From positions 264,058,001-264,122,000 of the forward strand of contig OZ024741.1 in the NCBI GenBank assembly GCA_964016885.1: a DNA stretch of 64,000 bases. The letters run 5' to 3'. The translations under genes and the position numbers were made by a program. The notes beneath the pieces were generated by a model. The model searched no databases. It was not told the origin of the DNA and worked only from the letters and a program-made list of their open reading frames with translations. Source of the stretch: Eledone cirrhosa (taxonomy: Eukaryota). This document shows, piece after piece, positions 28,301-42,487 of the stretch. Position 1 is the first letter of the stretch; each line of letters starts with the position of its first letter.

Positions 28301-31300
28301 ATAGATCTCCTTTTAATTCTATAGCCATTGACCAAGAAGGACCTCCATGGTGTATGAGTACTGAGCAGGTATTTTGCAGACACAGATCTTTTAACTCTCC
28401 AGCCATTGACCAACTGGCACCTCCATGGTGTATGAATACTGAGCTGGTATTTTACAGACTCAGATCTCCTTTTAACTATCCAGCTATTGACCAACTGGGA
28501 CCTCCATGGTGTATGAGTTCCGAGCTGGTATTTTACAGACACAGATCTCCTTTTAACTCTCCAGCCATTGACCAACTGGGACTACCATGGTGTATGAGTA
28601 CTGAGGTGGTATTTTACAGACACAGATCTCCTTTTAACTCTCCAGCCATTGACCAACTGGGACCACCATGATGTATGAGTACTGAGGTGGTATTTTACAG
28701 AAACAGATCTCCTTTTAACTCGCCAGCTATTGACCAACTGTGACCTCCATGGTATATGAGATCGGAGCTGGTATTTTACAGAATCAGATCTCCTTTTAAC
28801 TCTCCAGCATTGACCAACTGGGACCACCATGATGTACGAGTACTGAGCTGGTATTTTAAAGACACAGATCTCCTTTTAACTCTCCAGCCATTGACCAACT
28901 GGGACCACCATGTTATATGGGTTCTGAGCAGGTATTTTACAGACTCAGATCTCCTTTTAACTCTTCAGCTATTGACCAACTGGAACCACCATGGTATATG
29001 AGTTCTGAGCTGGTATTTTACAGACACAGATCTCCTTTTAACTCTCCAGCCATTGACCAACTGGGACCACCATGGTGTATGAGTACTGAGGTGGTATATT
29101 ACAGAAACAGATCACATTTTAACTCTCCAGCCATTGACCAACTGGGACCACCATGGTGTATGAGTACTTTGCTGGTATTTTACAGACACAGATCTCCTTT
29201 TAACTATCCAGCTATTGACCAACTGGGACCTCCATGGTGTATGAGTTCCGAGCTGGTATTTTACAGACACAGATCTCCTTTTAACTCTCCAGCCATTGGC
29301 CAACTGGGACCACCATGATGTATGAGTACTGAGCTAGTATTTTACAGACTCAGAGCTCCTTTTAACTCTCCAGGTATTGACCAACTGGGACCTCCGTGGT
29401 ATATGAGTTCTGAGCTGGTATTTTACAGACACAGATCTTCTTTTAACTCTCCAGGCCTTGACCAACTGGGACCACCATGGTATGTAAGTTCTGAGCTGGT
29501 ATTTTACAGACACAGATCACCTTTTAACTCTCCAGCTATTGACCAACTGGGACCTCCATGGTGTATGAGTACTGAGGTGGTATTTTACAGACACAGATCT
29601 CCTTTTAACTCTCCAGCTATTGACCAACTGGGACCACCATGGTGTATGAGTACTGAGGTGGTATTTTACAGACAGAGATCTCCTTTTTACACTCCAGCCA
29701 TTGACCAACTGGGACCACCATGGTATATGAGTTCTGAGCTGGTATTTTACAGACACATATCTCCTTTTAACTCCCCAGCTTTTGACCGACTGGGACCACC
29801 ATGATGTATGAGTACTGAGCAGGTATTTTGCAGACTCAGAGCTCCTTTTAACTCTCCAGCTATTGACCAACTGGGACCTCCGTGGTATATGAGTTCTGAG
29901 GTGGTATTTTACAGACACAGATCTCCTTTTAAATCTCCAGCCATTGACCAACTGGGACCAGCATGGTGTATGAGTACTGAGGTGGTATTTTACAGACACA
30001 GATCTCCTTTTAACTCTCCAGCCATTGACCAACTGGGACCACCATGGTGTATGAGTACTGAGGTCGTATTTTACAGACACAGATCTCCTGTTAAATCCCC
30101 AGCCTCTGACCGACTGGGACCACCATGGTATATGAGTTCTGAGCTGGTATTTTACAGACTCAGATCTCCTTTTAACTCTCCAGCCATTGACCAACTGGGA
30201 CCACCATGGTGTATGAGTACTGAGGTGGTATTTTACAGACAGACATCTCCTTTTAACTCTCCAGCTATTGACCAACTGGGACCACCATGGTGTATGAGTA
30301 CTGAGCTGGTATTTTACAGACACAGATCTGCTTTTAACTCTCCAGCTATTGACCAAGTGGAACCTCCATGGTGTTTTAGTTCTGAGCTGGCATTTTACAG
30401 ACACAGATCTACTTTTAACTCTCCAGCCATTGACCAACTGGGACCACCATGATGTATGAGTACTGAGCTGGTATTTTACAGACACAGCACTCTTTTTAAC
30501 TCTCCAGCCATTGACCAACTGGGATCGCCATGATGTACGAGCACTGAGCTGGTATTTTACAGACTCAGATCTCCTTTTAACTCTCCAGCTATTGACCAAC
30601 TGGGACCTCCATGGTATATGATTTCTGAGCTGGTATTTTACAGACACAGATCTCCTTTTAACTCTTCAGCCATTGGCCAACTGGGACCACCATGGTGTAT
30701 GAGTTCTGAGCTTGTATTTTACAGACACAGATCTCCTTTTAACTCTCCAGCCATTGACCAACTGGGACCACCATGGTGTATGAGTACTTTGCTGGTATTT
30801 TACAAACACAGATCTCCTTCTAACTATCCAGCTATTGACCAACTGGGACCTCCATGGTGTATGAGTACTGAGGTGGTATTTTACAGAAACAGATCTCCTT
30901 TTAACTCTCCAGCTATTGATCAACTGGGACCACCATGATGTACGAGTACTGAGCTGGTATTTTACAGACAGATATCTCCTTTTTACACTGCAGCCATTGA
31001 CCAACTGGGACCAGCATGGTGTATGAGTACTGAGGTGGTATTTTACAGACACAGATCTCCTTTTAACTATCCAGCTATTGTCCAACTGGGACCTCCATGG
31101 TGTATGAGTACTGAGCTGGTATTTTACAGACACAGATCTCCTTTTAACTCTACAGCCATTGACCAACTGGGACCACCATGATGTATGAGTACTGAGCTGG
31201 TATTTTACAGACTCAGAGCTCCTTTTAACTCTCCAGCTATTGATCAACTGGGACATCCGTGGTATATGAGTTCTGAGCTGGTATTTTACAGACACAGATC

Positions 31301-34300
31301 TCCTTTTAACTCTCCAGCCATTGACCAACAGGGTCCACCATTGTGTATGAGTACTGAGGTGGTATTTTACAGACATAGATCTCCTTTTAATTCTATAGCC
31401 ATTGACCAAGAAGGACCTCCATGGTGTATGAGTACTGAGCAGGTATTTTGCAGACACAGATCTTTTAACTCTCCAGCCATTGACCAACTGGCACCTCCAT
31501 GGTGTATGAATACTGAGCTGGTATTTTACAGACTCAGATCTCCTTTTAACTATCCAGCTATTGACCAACTGGGACCTCCATGGTGTATGAGTTCCGAGCT
31601 GGTATTTTACAGACACAGATCTCCTTTTAACTCTCCAGCCATTGACCAACTGGGACTACCATGGTGTATGAGTACTGAGGTGGTATTTTACAGACACAGA
31701 TCTCCTTTTAACTCTCCAGCCATTGACCAACTGGGACCACCATGATGTATGAGTACTGAGGTGGTATTTTACAGAAACAGATCTCCTTTTAACTCTCCAG
31801 CTATTGACCAACTGTGACCTCCATGGTATATGAGATCGGAGCTGGTATTTTACAGAATCAGATCTCCTTTTAACTCTCCAGCATTGACCAACTGGGACCA
31901 CCATGATGTACGAGTACTGAGCTGGTATTTTAAAGACACAGATCTCCTTTTAACTCTCCAGCCATTGACCAACTGGGACCACCATGTTATATGGGTTCTG
32001 AGCAGGTATTTTACAGACTCAGATCTCCTTTTAACTCTTCAGCTATTGACCAACTGGAACCACCATGGTATATGAGTTCTGAGCTGGTATTTTACAGACA
32101 CAGATCTCCTTTTAACTCTCCAGCCATTGACCAACTGGGACCACCATGGTGTATGAGTACTGAGGTGGTATATTACAGAAACAGATCACATTTTAACTCT
32201 CCAGCCATTGACCAACTGGGACCACCATGGTGTATGAGTACTTTGCTGGTATTTTACAGACACAGATCTCCTTTTAACTATCCAGCTATTGACCAACTGG
32301 GACCTCCATGGTGTATGAGTTCCGAGCTGGTATTTTACAGACACAGATCTCCTTTTAACTCTCCAGCCATTGGCCAACTGGGACCACCATGATGTATGAG
32401 TACTGAGCTAGTATTTTACAGACTCAGAGCTCCTTTTAACTCTCCAGATATTGACCAACTGGGACCTCCGTGGTATATGAGTTCTGAGCTGGTATTTTAC
32501 AGACACAGATCTTCTTTTAACTCTCCAGGCCTTGACCAACTGGGACCACCATGGTATGTAAGTTCTGAGCTGGTATTTTACAGACACAGATCACCTTTTA
32601 ACTCTCCAGCTATTGACCAACTGGGACCTCCATGGTGTATGAGTACTGAGGTGGTATTTTACAGACACAGATCTCCTTTTAACTCTCCAGCTATTGACCA
32701 ACTGGGACCACCATGGTGTATGAGTACTGAGGTGGTATTTTACAGACAGAGATCTCCTTTTTACACTCCAGCCATTGACCAACTGGGACCACCATGGTAT
32801 ATGAGTTCTGAGCTGGTATTTTACAGACACATATCTCCTTTTAACTCCCCAGCTTTTGACCGACTGGGACCACCATGATGTATGAGTACTGAGCAGGTAT
32901 TTTGCAGACTCAGAGCTCCTTTTAACTCTCCAGCTATTGACCAACTGGGACCTCCGTGGTATATGAGTTCTGAGGTGGTATTTTACAGACACAGATCTCC
33001 TTTTAAATCTCCAGCCATTGACCAACTGGGACCAGCATGGTGTATGAGTACTGAGGTGGTATTTTACAGACACAGATCTCCTTTTAACTCTCCAGCCATT
33101 GACCAACTGGGACCACCATGGTGTATGAGTACTGAGGTCGTATTTTACAGACACAGATCTCCTGTTAAATCCCCAGCCTCTGACCGACTGGGACCACCAT
33201 GGTATATGAGTTCTGAGCTGGTATTTTACAGACTCAGATCTCCTTTTAACTCTCCAGCCATTGACCAACTGGGACCACCATGGTGTATGAGTACTGAGGT
33301 GGTATTTTACAGACAGACATCTCCTTTTAACTCTCCAGCTATTGACCAACTGGGACCACCATGGTGTATGAGTACTGAGCTGGTATTTTACAGACACAGA
33401 TCTGCTTTTAACTCTCCAGCTATTGACCAACTGGAACCTCCATGGTGTTTTAGTTCTGAGCTGGCATTTTACAGACACAGATCTACTTTTAACTCTCCAG
33501 CCATTGACCAACTGGGACCACCATGATGTATGAGTACTGAGCTGGTATTTTACAGACACAGCACTCTTTTTAACTCTCCAGCCATTGACCAACTGGGATC
33601 GCCATGATGTACGAGCACTGAGCTGGTATTTTACAGACTCAGATCTCCTTTTAACTCTCCAGCTATTGACCAACTGGGACCTCCATGGTATATGATTTCT
33701 GAGCTGGTATTTTACAGACACAGATCTCCTTTTAACTCTTCAGCCATTGGCCAACTGGGACCACCATGGTGTATGAGTTCTGAGCTTGTATTTTACAGAC
33801 ACAGATCTCCTTTTAACTCTCCAGCCATTGACCAACTGGGACCACCATGGTGTATGAGTACTTTGCTGGTATTTTACAAACACAGTCTCCTTCTAACTAT
33901 CCAGCTATTGACCAACTGGGACCTCCATGGTGTATGAGTACTGAGGTGGTATTTTACAGAAACAGATCTCCTTTTAACTCTCCAGCTATTGATCAACTGG
34001 GACCACCATGATGTACGAGTACTGAGCTGGTATTTTACAGACAGATATCTCCTTTTTACACTGCAGCCATTGACCAACTGGGACCAGCATGGTGTATGAG
34101 TACTGAGGTGGTATTTTACAGACACAGATCTCCTTTTAACTATCCAGCTATTGTCCAACTGGGACCTCCATGGTGTATGAGTACTGAGCTGGTATTTTAC
34201 AGACACAGATCTCCTTTTAACTCTACAGCCATTGACCAACTGGGACCACCATGATGTATGAGTACTGAGCTGGTATTTTACAGACTCAGAGCTCCTTTTA

Positions 34301-34577
34301 ACTCTCCAGCTATTGATCAACTGGGACATCCGTGGTATATGAGTTCTGAGCTGGTATTTTACAGACACAGATCTCCTTTTAACTCTCCAGCCATTGACCA
34401 ACAGGGTCCACCATTGTGTATGAGTACTGAGGTGGTATTTTACAGACATAGATCTCCTTTTAATTCTATAGCCATTGACCAAGAAGGACCTCCATGGTGT
34501 ATGAGTACTGAGCAGGTATTTTGCAGACACAGATCTTTTAACTCTCCAGCCATTGACCAACTGGCACCTCCATGGTG
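25350..34577. repeat. 38-monomer HOR, 3074 bp, three near-identical tandem copies
   Basis: ORFs 25682/28756/31830, 26443/29517/32591 and 27544/30618/33692 are each offset by exactly 3074=38x81-4. The 4 bp are one 1-bp deletion (CCAGCATTG) and one 3-bp deletion (AGATCTTTT) per unit. Confidence 0.96.
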
Positions 34578-37394
34578 TTACAATACTGAGCTGGTATTTT
34601 ACAGACACATATCTCCTTTTAACTCTCCAGCCATTGACCAACTGGGACCACCATGGTGTATTAGTAATGAGGTGGTATTTTACAGACACAGATATCCTTT
34701 TAACTCTCCAGCCATTGACCAACTGGGACCACCATGGTGTATGAGTACTGAGGTGCTATTTTACAGACACTGATCTCCTTTTAACTCTCCAGCTATTGAC
34801 CAACTGGGACCTCCATGGTATATGAGTTCTGAGCTGGTATTTTACAGACACAGATCTCCTTTTAACTCTCCAGCCATTGAGCAATTGGGACCACCATGAT
34901 GTATGAGTACTGAGCTGGTATTTTACAGACTCAGATCTCCCTTTAACTCTCCAGCCATTGACCAACTGGGACCACCATGGTGTATGAATACTGAGCTGGT
35001 ATTTTACAGACTCAGATCTCCTTTTAACTATCCAGCTATTGACCAACTGGGACCTCCATGGTGTATGAGTTCCGAGCTGGTATTTTACAGACACAGATCT
35101 CCTTTTAACTCTCCAGCCATTGACCAACTGGGACCACCATGATGTATGAGTACTGAGCTGGTATTTTACAGACTCAGAGCTCCTTTTAACTCTCCAGCTA
35201 TTGACCAACTGGGACCTCCGTGGTATATGAGTTCTGAGCTGGTATTTTACAGACACAGATCTCCTTTTAACTCTCCAGCCATTGACCAACTGGGATCACC
35301 ATGGTGTATGAGTACTTTGCTGGTATTTTACAGACACAGATCTCCTTTTAACTATCCAGCTATTGTCCAACTGGGACCTCCATGGTGTATGAGTACTGAG
35401 CTGGTATTTTACAGACACAGATCTCCTTTTAACTCTACAGCCATTGACCAACTGGGACCACCATGATGTATGAGTACTGAGCTGGTATTTTACAGACTCA
35501 GAGCTCCTTTTAACTCTCCAGCTATTGACCAACTGGGACCTCCGTGGTATATGAGTACTGAGCTGGTATTTTACAGACACAGATCTCCTTTTAACTCTCC
35601 AGCCATTGACCAACTGGGATCACCATGGTGTATGAGTACTTTGATGGTATTTTACAGACACAGATCTACTTTTAACTCTCTACCCATTGACCAACTGGGA
35701 CCAGCATGGTGTATGAGTACTGAGGTGGTATTCTACAGACACAGATCTCCTTTTAACTATCCAGCTATTGACCAATTGGAACCTCCATGGTATATGAGTT
35801 CTGAGCTGGTATTTTACAGACACAGATCTCCTTTTAACTCTCCAGCCATTGACCAACTGGGACCAGAATGGTGTATGAGTACTGAGGTGGTATTTTACAG
35901 ACACAGATCTCCTTTTAACTATCCAGCTATTGTCCAACTGGGACCTCCATGGTGTATGAGTACTGAGCTGGTATTTTACAGACACAGATCTCCTTTTAAC
36001 TCTCCAGCCATTGACCAACTGGGACCACCATGATGTATGAGTACTGAGCTGGTATTTTACAGACTCAGAGCTCCTTTTAACTCTCCAGCTATTGATCAAC
36101 TGGGACCTCCGTGGTATATGAGTTCTGAGCTGGTATTTTACAGACACAGATCTCCTTTTAACTCTCCAGCCATTGATCAACAGGGTCCACCATTGTGTAT
36201 GAGTACTGAGGTGGTATTTTACAGACACAGATCTCCTTTTAATTCTCCAGCCATTGACCAACAAGGACCTCCATGGTGTATGAGTACTGAGCAGGTATTT
36301 TGCAGACACAGATCTTTTAACTCTCCAGCCATTGACCAACTGGGACCTCCATGGTGTTACATTACTGAGCTGGTATTTTACAGACACATATCTCCTTTTA
36401 ACTCTCCAGGCCTTGACCAACTGGGACCACCATGGTATGTAAGTTCTGAGCTGGTATTTTAGAGACACAGATCACCTTTTAACTCTCAAGCTATTGACCA
36501 ACTGGGACCTCCATGGTGTATGAGTACTGAGGTGGTATTTTACAGACACAGATCTCCTTTTAACTCTCCAGCTATTGAGCAACTGGGACCAACATGGTGT
36601 ATGAGTACTGAGGTGGTATTTTACAGACAGAGATCTCCTTTTTACACTCCAGCCATTGACCAACTGGGAGCACCATGGTATATGAGTTCTGAGCTGGTAT
36701 TTTGCAGACACAGATCTCCTTTTAACTCTCCAGCCATTGACCAACTGGGACCAGCATGGTATATGAGTACTGAGGTGGTATTTTACAGACACAGATCTCC
36801 TTTTAACTCTCCAGCCATTGACCAACTGGGACCACCATGGTATATAAGTTCTGAGCTGGTATTTTACAGACACAGATCTCCTTTTAACTCTCTAGCCATT
36901 GACAAACTGGGACCACCATGGTGTATGAGTACTGAGCTGGTATTTTACAGACACATATCTCCTTTTAACTCCCCAGCTTTTGACCGAATGGGACCACCAT
37001 GATGTATGAGTACTGAGCTGGTATTTTACAGACTCAGAGCTCCTTTTAACTCTCCAGCTATTGACCAACTGGGACCTCCATGGTATATGAGTTCTGAGGT
37101 GGTATTTTACAGACACAGATCTCCTTTTAACTCCCCAGCCATTGACCAACTGGGATCACCATGGTATATTAGTTCTGAGCTGGTATTTTACAGACACAGA
37201 TCTCCTTTTAACTCTCCAGCCATTGATCAACTGGGACCAGCATGGTGTATGAGTACTGATGTGGTATTTTACAGACACAGATCTCCTTTTAACTCTCCAG
37301 CCATTGACCAACTGGGACCACCATGGTGTATGAGTACTGAGGTGGTATTTTACAGACAGACATCTCCTTTTAACTCTCCAGCTATTGACCAACT

Positions 37395-40300
37395 GGGACC
37401 TCCATGGTATATGAGTTCTGAGCTGGTATTTTACAGACACGGATCTCCTTTTAACTCTCCAGCCATTGACCAACTGGGACCACCATGGTGTATGAGTACT
37501 GAGCTGGTATTTTACAGACACAGATCTGCTTTTAACTCTCCAGCTATTGACCAACTGGAACCTCCATGGTGTTTTAGTTCTGAGCTGGCATTTTACAGAC
37601 ACAGATCTACTTTTAACTCTCCAGCCATTGACCAACTGGGACTACCATGATGTATGAGTACTGAGCTGGTATTTTACAGACACAGCACTCTTTTTAACTC
37701 TCCAGCCATTGACCAACTGGGATCGCCATGATGTACAAGTACTGAGCTGGTATTTTACAGACTCAGATCTCCTTTTAACTCTCCAGCTATTGACCAACTG
37801 GGACCTCCATGGTATATGATTTCTGAGCTGGTATTTTACAGACACAGATCTCCTTTTAACTCTCCAGCCATTGGCCAACTGGGACCACCATGGTATATGA
37901 GTTCTGAGCTGGTATTTTACAGACACAGATCTCCTTTTAACTCTCCAGCCATTGACCAACTGGGACCACCATGGTGTATGAGTACTTTGCTGGTATTTTA
38001 CAGACACAGATCTCCTTTTAACTATCCAGCTATTGACCAACTGGGACCTTCATGGTGTATGAGTACTGAGGTGGTATTTTACAGAAACAGATCTCCTTTT
38101 AACTCTCCAGCTATTGACCAACTGGGACCACCATGATGTACGAGTACTGAGCTGGTATTTTACAGACAGAGATATCCTTTTTACACTGCAGCCATTGACC
38201 AACTGGGACCACCATGGTATATGAGTACTGAGCTGGTATTTTGCAGACACAGATCTCCTTTTAACTCTCCAGCTATTGACCAACTGGGACCACCATGGTG
38301 TATGAGTACTTTGTTGGTATTTTACAGACACAGATCTCCTTTTAACTCTCCAGCCATTGACCAACTGGGACCACCATGATGTATGAGTACTGAGCTGGTA
38401 TTTTACAGATTCAGATCTCCTTTTAACTCTCCAGCTATTGACCAACTGGGACCTCCGTGGTATATGAGTTCTTAGCTGGTATTTTACAGTCACAGATCTA
38501 CTTTTAAATCTCCAGCCATAGACCAACTGGGACCACCATGGTATATAAGTTCTGAGCTGGTATTTTACAGACACAGATCTCCTTTTAACTATCCAGCTAT
38601 TGTCCAACTGGGACCTCCATGGTGTATGAGTACTGAGCTGGTATTTTACAGACACAGATCTCCTTTTAACTCTCCAGCCATTGACCAACTGGGACCACCA
38701 TGATGTATGAGTACTGAGCTGATATTTTACAGACTCAGAGCTCCTTTTAACTCTCCAGCTATTGATCAACTGGGACCTCCGTGGTATATGAGTTCTGAGC
38801 TGGTATTTTACAGACACAGATCTCCTTTTAACTCTCCAGCCATTGACCAACAGGGTCCACCATTGTGTATGAGTACTGAGGTGGTATTTTACAGACACAG
38901 ATCTCCTTTTAATTCTCCAGCCATTGACCAACAAGGACCTCCATGGTGTATGAGTACTGAGCAGGTATTTTGCAGACACAGATCTTTTAACTCTCCAGCC
39001 ATTGACCAACTGGGACCTCCATGGTGTTACAATACTGAGCTGGTATTTTGCAGACACATATCTCCTTTTAACTCTCCAGCCATTGACCAACTGGGACCAC
39101 CATGGTGTATTAGTAATGAGGTGGTATTTTACAGACACAGATCTCCTTTTAACTCTCCAGCCATTGACCAACTGGGACCACCATGGTGTATGAGTACTGA
39201 GGTGCTATTTTACAGACACTGATCTCCTTTTAACTCTCCAGCTATTGACCAACTGGGACCTCCATGGTATATGAGTTCTGAGCTGGTATTTTACAGACAC
39301 AGATCTCCTTTTAACTCTCCAGCCATTGAGCAATTGGGACCACCATGATGTATGAGTACTGAGCTGGTATTTTACAGACTCAGATCTCCCTTTAACTCTC
39401 CAGCCATTGACCAACTGGGACCACCATGGTGTATGAATACTGAGCTGGTCTTTTACAGACACAGATCTCCTTTTAACTCTCCAGCTATTGACCAGCTGGG
39501 ACCTCCATTGTATATGAGTTCTGATCTGGTATTTTACAGACACAGATCTCCTTTTAACTCTCCAGCTATTGACCAACTGGGACCTCCATGGTATATGATT
39601 TCTGAGCTGGTATTTTACAGACACAGATCTTTTAACTCTCCAGCCATTGAGCAATTGGGACCACCATGATGTAAGTGTACTGAGCTGGTATTTTACAGAC
39701 ACAGATCTCCCTTTAACTCTCCAGCCATTGACCAACTGGGACCACCATGGTGTATGAGTACTGAGCTGGTATTTTACAGACAGAGATCTCCTTTTAACTC
39801 TCCAGCTATTGACCAACTGGGACCTCCATGGTATATGAGTTCTAAGCTGGTATTTTACGGAAACAGATCTCCTTTTAACTCTTCATCCATTGATTAACTG
39901 GGACCACCATGGTGTATGAGTACTGAGCTTGTATTTTACAGACACAGATCTCCTTTTAACTTACCAGCTATTGACCATCTGGGACCTCCATGGTATATGA
40001 GTTCTGAGCTGGTATTTTACAGACACGGATCTCCTTTTAACTCTCCAGCCATTGACCAACTGGGACCACCATGGTGTATGAGTACTGAGCTGGTATTTTA
40101 CAGACACAGATCTGCTTTTAACTCTCCAGCTATTGACCAACTGGAACCTCCATGGTGTTTTAGTTCTGAGCTGGCATTTTACAGACACAGATCTACTTTT
40201 AACTCTCCAGCCATTGACCAACTGGGACTACCATGATGTATGAGTACTGAGCTGGTATTTTACAGACACAGCACTCTTTTTAACTCTCCAGCCATTGACC

Positions 40301-42487
40301 AACTGGGATCGCCATGATGTACAAGTACTGAGCTGGTATTTTACAGACTCAGATCTCCTTTTAACTCTCCAGCTATTGACCAACTGGGACCTCCATGGTA
40401 TATGATTTCTGAGCTGGTATTTTACAGACACAGATCTCCTTTTAACTCTCCAGCCATTGGCCAACTGGGACCACCATGGTATATGAGTTCTGAGCTGGTA
40501 TTTTACAGACACAGATCTCCTTTTAACTCTCCAGCCATTGACCAACTGGGACCACCATGGTGTATGAGTACTTTGCTGGTATTTTACAGACACAGATCTC
40601 CTTTTAACTATCCAGCTATTGACCAACTGGGACCTTCATGGTGTATGAGTACTGAGGTGGTATTTTACAGAAACAGATCTCCTTTTAACTCTCCAGCTAT
40701 TGACCAACTGGGACCACCATGATGTACGAGTACTGAGCTGGTATTTTACAGACAGAGATATCCTTTTTACACTGCAGCCATTGACCAACTGGGACCACCA
40801 TGGTGTATGAGTACTTTGTTGGTATTTTACAGACACAGATCTCCTTTTAACTCTCCAGCCATTGACCAACTGGGACCACCATGATGTATGAGTACTGAGC
40901 TGGTATTTTACAGATTCAGATCTCCTTTTAACTCTCCAGCTATTGACCAACTGGGACCTCCGTGGTATATGAGTTCTGAGCTGGTATTTTACAGTCACAG
41001 ATCTACTTTTAAATCTCCAGCCATAGACCAACTGGGACCACCATGGTATATAAGTTCTGAGCTGGTATTTTACAGACACAGATCTCCTTTTAACTATCCA
41101 GCTATTGTCCAACTGGGACCTCCATGGTGTATGAGTACTGAGCTGGTATTTTACAGACACAGATCTCCTTTTAACTCTCCAGCCATTGACCAACTGGGAC
41201 CACCATGATGTATGAGTACTGAGCTGATATTTTACAGACTCAGAGCTCCTTTTAACTCTCCAGCTATTGATCAACTGGGACCTCCGTGGTATATGAGTTC
41301 TGAGCTGGTATTTTACAGACACAGATCTCCTTTTAACTCTCCAGCCATTGACCAACAGGGTCCACCATTGTGTATGAGTACTGAGGTGGTATTTTACAGA
41401 CACAGATCTCCTTTTAATTCTCCAGCCATTGACCAACAAGGACCTCCATGGTGTATGAGTACTGAGCAGGTATTTTGCAGACACAGATCTTTTAACTCTC
41501 CAGCCATTGACCAACTGGGACCTCCATGGTGTTACAATACTGAGCTGGTATTTTACAGACACATATCTCCTTTTAACTCTCCAGCCATTGACCAACTGGG
41601 ACCACCATGGTGTATTAGTAATGAGGTGGTATTTTACAGACACAGATCTCCTTTTAACTCTCCAGCCATTGACCAACTGGGACCACCATGGTGTATGAGT
41701 ACTGAGGTGCTATTTTACAGACACTGATCTCCTTTTAACTCTCCAGCTATTGACCAACTGGGACCTCCATGGTATATGAGTTCTGAGCTGGTATTTTACA
41801 GACACAGATCTCCTTTTAACTCTCCAGCCATTGAGCAATTGGGACCACCATGATGTATGAGTACTGAGCTGGTATTTTACAGACTCAGATCTCCCTTTAA
41901 CTCTCCAGCCATTGACCAACTGGGACCACCATGGTGTATGAATACTGAGCTGGTCTTTTACAGACACAGATCTCCTTTTAACTCTCCAGCTATTGACCAG
42001 CTGGGACCTCCATTGTATATGAGTTCTGATCTGGTATTTTACAGACACAGATCTCCTTTTAACTCTCCAGCTATTGACCAACTGGGACCTCCATGGTATA
42101 TGATTTCTGAGCTGGTATTTTACAGACACAGATCTTTTAACTCTCCAGCCATTGAGCAATTGGGACCACCATGATGTAAGTGTACTGAGCTGGTATTTTA
42201 CAGACACAGATCTCCCTTTAACTCTCCAGCCATTGACCAACTGGGACCACCATGGTGTATGAGTACTGAGCTGGTATTTTACAGACAGAGATCTCCTTTT
42301 AACTCTCCAGCTATTGACCAACTGGGACCTCCATGGTATATGAGTTCTAAGCTGGTATTTTACGGAAACAGATCTCCTTTTAACTCTTCATCCATTGATT
42401 AACTGGGACCACCATGGTGTATGAGTACTGAGCTTGTATTTTACAGACACAGATCTCCTTTTAACTTACCAGCTATTGACCATCTGG
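37395..42487. repeat. 32/31-monomer HOR, two tandem copies (2586 bp then 2505 bp)
   Basis: ORFs 37642/40228 and 37816/40402 are offset by 2586=32x81-6. ORFs 38707/41212, 39352/41857 and 39916/42421 are offset by 2505=31x81-6. The monomer at ~38215-38295 has no counterpart in copy 2. Confidence 0.93.
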
